Origin: a virus
Lineage: Duplodnaviria > Caudoviricetes
Strand: one strand, 5' to 3'
DNA length: 26,918 nt
IMG/VR virus record: IMGVR_UViG_3300012940_000092
Location: 1-26,918 of that record
Of this stretch, positions 25,472-26,918 are shown in pieces. The translations under genes and the position numbers were made by a program. Each line of letters starts with the position of its first letter. The first letter of the stretch is position 1. The notes beneath the pieces were generated by a model. That model was not told the origin of the DNA. It saw only the letters and a program-made list of their open reading frames with translations, and searched no databases.

Positions 25472-26166
25472 GCCACACCCGTCGTCAACGCCCTGATCTG
25501 CTCCGGTGTGGACGCGGTCTGATACAGCCGCAGTCGCAGCCGGTTGCGCGCGGTGGCCTTGCGGTCCTCCGGCGACAGGTGTGAACCCTTGCCCCCGGAC
25601 AGGTGGTACAGGTGGTAGGCCGAGCCTTCCACCCATTGGGTCGGGCCAGCAGCCACATCGAACGCGATCTTCATCGCGTCGTCGTCGTACCAGGCTCCCT
25701 CGAACTTCTCGTCGAACCCGCCGACCAGCTCGTAGCTCTGCCGTGACACCACGTTGACGGCGCCGATGCTGCCCCGGTGGCCTTTCACCGGGTGCTTCTC
25801 GCAGTCCACCGGGTCAACCTCGTGCGCGCGGACGCGGCGCGAGTCGGCCTCGGTCAGCGCCATAAACCAGGAGAACGGGATCACCATGCCCGGCGCGTCC
25901 GTCGCCAGGCCGACAGCGCGGTCGATCTGATCGTGGCTGATGATGATGTCGGACTCGGAGAAGATGAAGATGTCGGCGTCGGTCTGGTTGACCGCGCGGT
26001 TGTAGGCGGCACTGCGATTGAACTGCGCGTCGCCGTCGCGGCCATCGCTGCTGACGATGATCTCGCAGTCGTAGTGAGCCCAGTGCTCGGCCACCCGCGT
26101 CAAGTTGGCCAGGCGCAGCGGGTCACGACCGCGATCCCGAAACGGGATGATGACTGCCACCTTCAT
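25468..26166 (-). CDS. Glycosyltransferase (GT2/GT7 galactosyltransferase-like, 232 aa)
   Basis: VIIPFRD, FNRSAAYN, ESDII, GGFDEKFEGAWYDD and YHLYH motifs. ATGA overlap gives start 26166. Confidence 0.85.
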   Translation of the reverse strand: MKVAVIIPFRDRGRDPLRLANLTRVAEHWAHYDCEIIVSSDGRDGDAQFNRSAAYNRAVNQTDADIFIFSESDIIISHDQIDRAVGLATDAPGMVIPFSWFMALTEADSRRVRAHEVDPVDCEKHPVKGHRGSIGAVNVVSRQSYELVGGFDEKFEGAWYDDDAMKIAFDVAAGPTQWVEGSAYHLYHLSGGKGSHLSPEDRKATARNRLRLRLYQTASTPEQIRALTTGVA

Positions 26167-26918
26167 CGGGTGTTCACCTTTTGAACAGCCTGCAAGTACT
26201 CCCAGTTGACGTCGGCGTAGCCCTTGCGCCACTCGTCCTCTTGGAAGTCGGTCAGCTTCTGCGGCCCGAACCCCAGGTGGGCGACGGTGAAGCCGCGCAG
26301 CACCTTGCGGGGGAACAGGTTGGCCGCGCCTTCGTCACCGATTCGGCTACCCGGCGGCCAGGGCCGGTCAGCGATCATCTCCGGCGACCGCCGCCCGATA
26401 CGCCGCTCGAGCTTGCACAGCATCTCCCAGTGCATCCCGATGAAGTTGATCGACAGCCACGGCTCCAGGTTTTCAAGGCTAGTGGGCCTGCGCACCAGAT
26501 CGCGCCAGTTGTCAAGGAAGAAGCGGTGTGCCAGTTGGGCGTACTCGTTGCTCTCGTGCACGTCGAGCAGGGGAATGTCCAAGCCCAGGAATCCCTGCCA
26601 CAGCTCCGGCATGTAGGGGGTGCAGGCTCCGTTGTTGACGACCTCAGCGGTCAGGATGTGGTCAGGGTTGCGGTCGATGCAGTCCACGAACTCGGCGAAC
26701 CGCTCCGTCTGGATGAACACCACATCGTCGTCGACCTTGACGAAGCGGTGGTGCTGGTAGCGCGGGTGGGTGTAGTGCTTCCAGACGTGGCTCATCCGCG
26801 CGATCGCGCGGGGACCGGCGAACCTGTTGATGACGTTGTACTTGCGGCGCAGCGACAGCAGGTAGTCGCAGTCCTCGGGGTCCCTGGCCAGATTCCAGAT
26901 GTCGAACTCGACTCGCGG
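26163..26918 (-). CDS. Glycosyltransferase-like protein (GT-A fold), 5'-truncated by the window edge
   Basis: FVKVDDDVVFI, VVNNG, LSINFI, GDE and VAHLGFGPQ motifs. The frame stays open to the right edge (RVEFDIWNLARD...). Confidence 0.75.
   Translation of the reverse strand, partial: PRVEFDIWNLARDPEDCDYLLSLRRKYNVINRFAGPRAIARMSHVWKHYTHPRYQHHRFVKVDDDVVFIQTERFAEFVDCIDRNPDHILTAEVVNNGACTPYMPELWQGFLGLDIPLLDVHESNEYAQLAHRFFLDNWRDLVRRPTSLENLEPWLSINFIGMHWEMLCKLERRIGRRSPEMIADRPWPPGSRIGDEGAANLFPRKVLRGFTVAHLGFGPQKLTDFQEDEWRKGYADVNWEYLQAVQKVNTR
26168..26187. promoter_or_regulatory. Degenerate palindrome copy (GGG-TGTTCACCTTTTGAACA, 2 mismatches) over the RBS of 25468..26166
   Basis: 15/17 match to the core plus flanking GGG, directly upstream of ATG 26166. 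Confidence 0.5.

Overview
High-GC actinobacterial (Mycobacterium-like) siphophage or prophage virion-structure operon, almost entirely on the minus strand. In transcription order (right to left): three glycosyltransferases, HK97-type prohead protease, an inserted kinase / SAM-methyltransferase / GT2 cassette, HK97-fold major capsid protein, head-tail joining genes, major tail protein, tail assembly chaperones with a likely +1 frameshift, a 2256-aa tape measure protein (TMP), minor tail and fibre genes, and the probable start of lysin A at the left edge. Two small genes lie on the opposite strand: an XRE-HTH regulator and a 71-aa orphan. Three observations stand out. (1) A six-gene virion glycosylation locus in which the kinase + methyltransferase pair looks like a split WbdD-type glycan chain terminator, suggesting a phospho-methyl-capped capsid glycan. 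(2) A 366-codon in-frame cassette inside the TMP, bounded by an exact 39-bp direct repeat, that resembles a polymorphic-toxin pre-toxin segment plus an unknown enzyme domain. (3) A 17-bp palindrome, TGTTCAACWGTTGAACA, in six perfect and two degenerate copies, mostly just upstream of gene starts and in three cases written into protein sequence. All family assignments come from reading motifs by eye; no searches were run.
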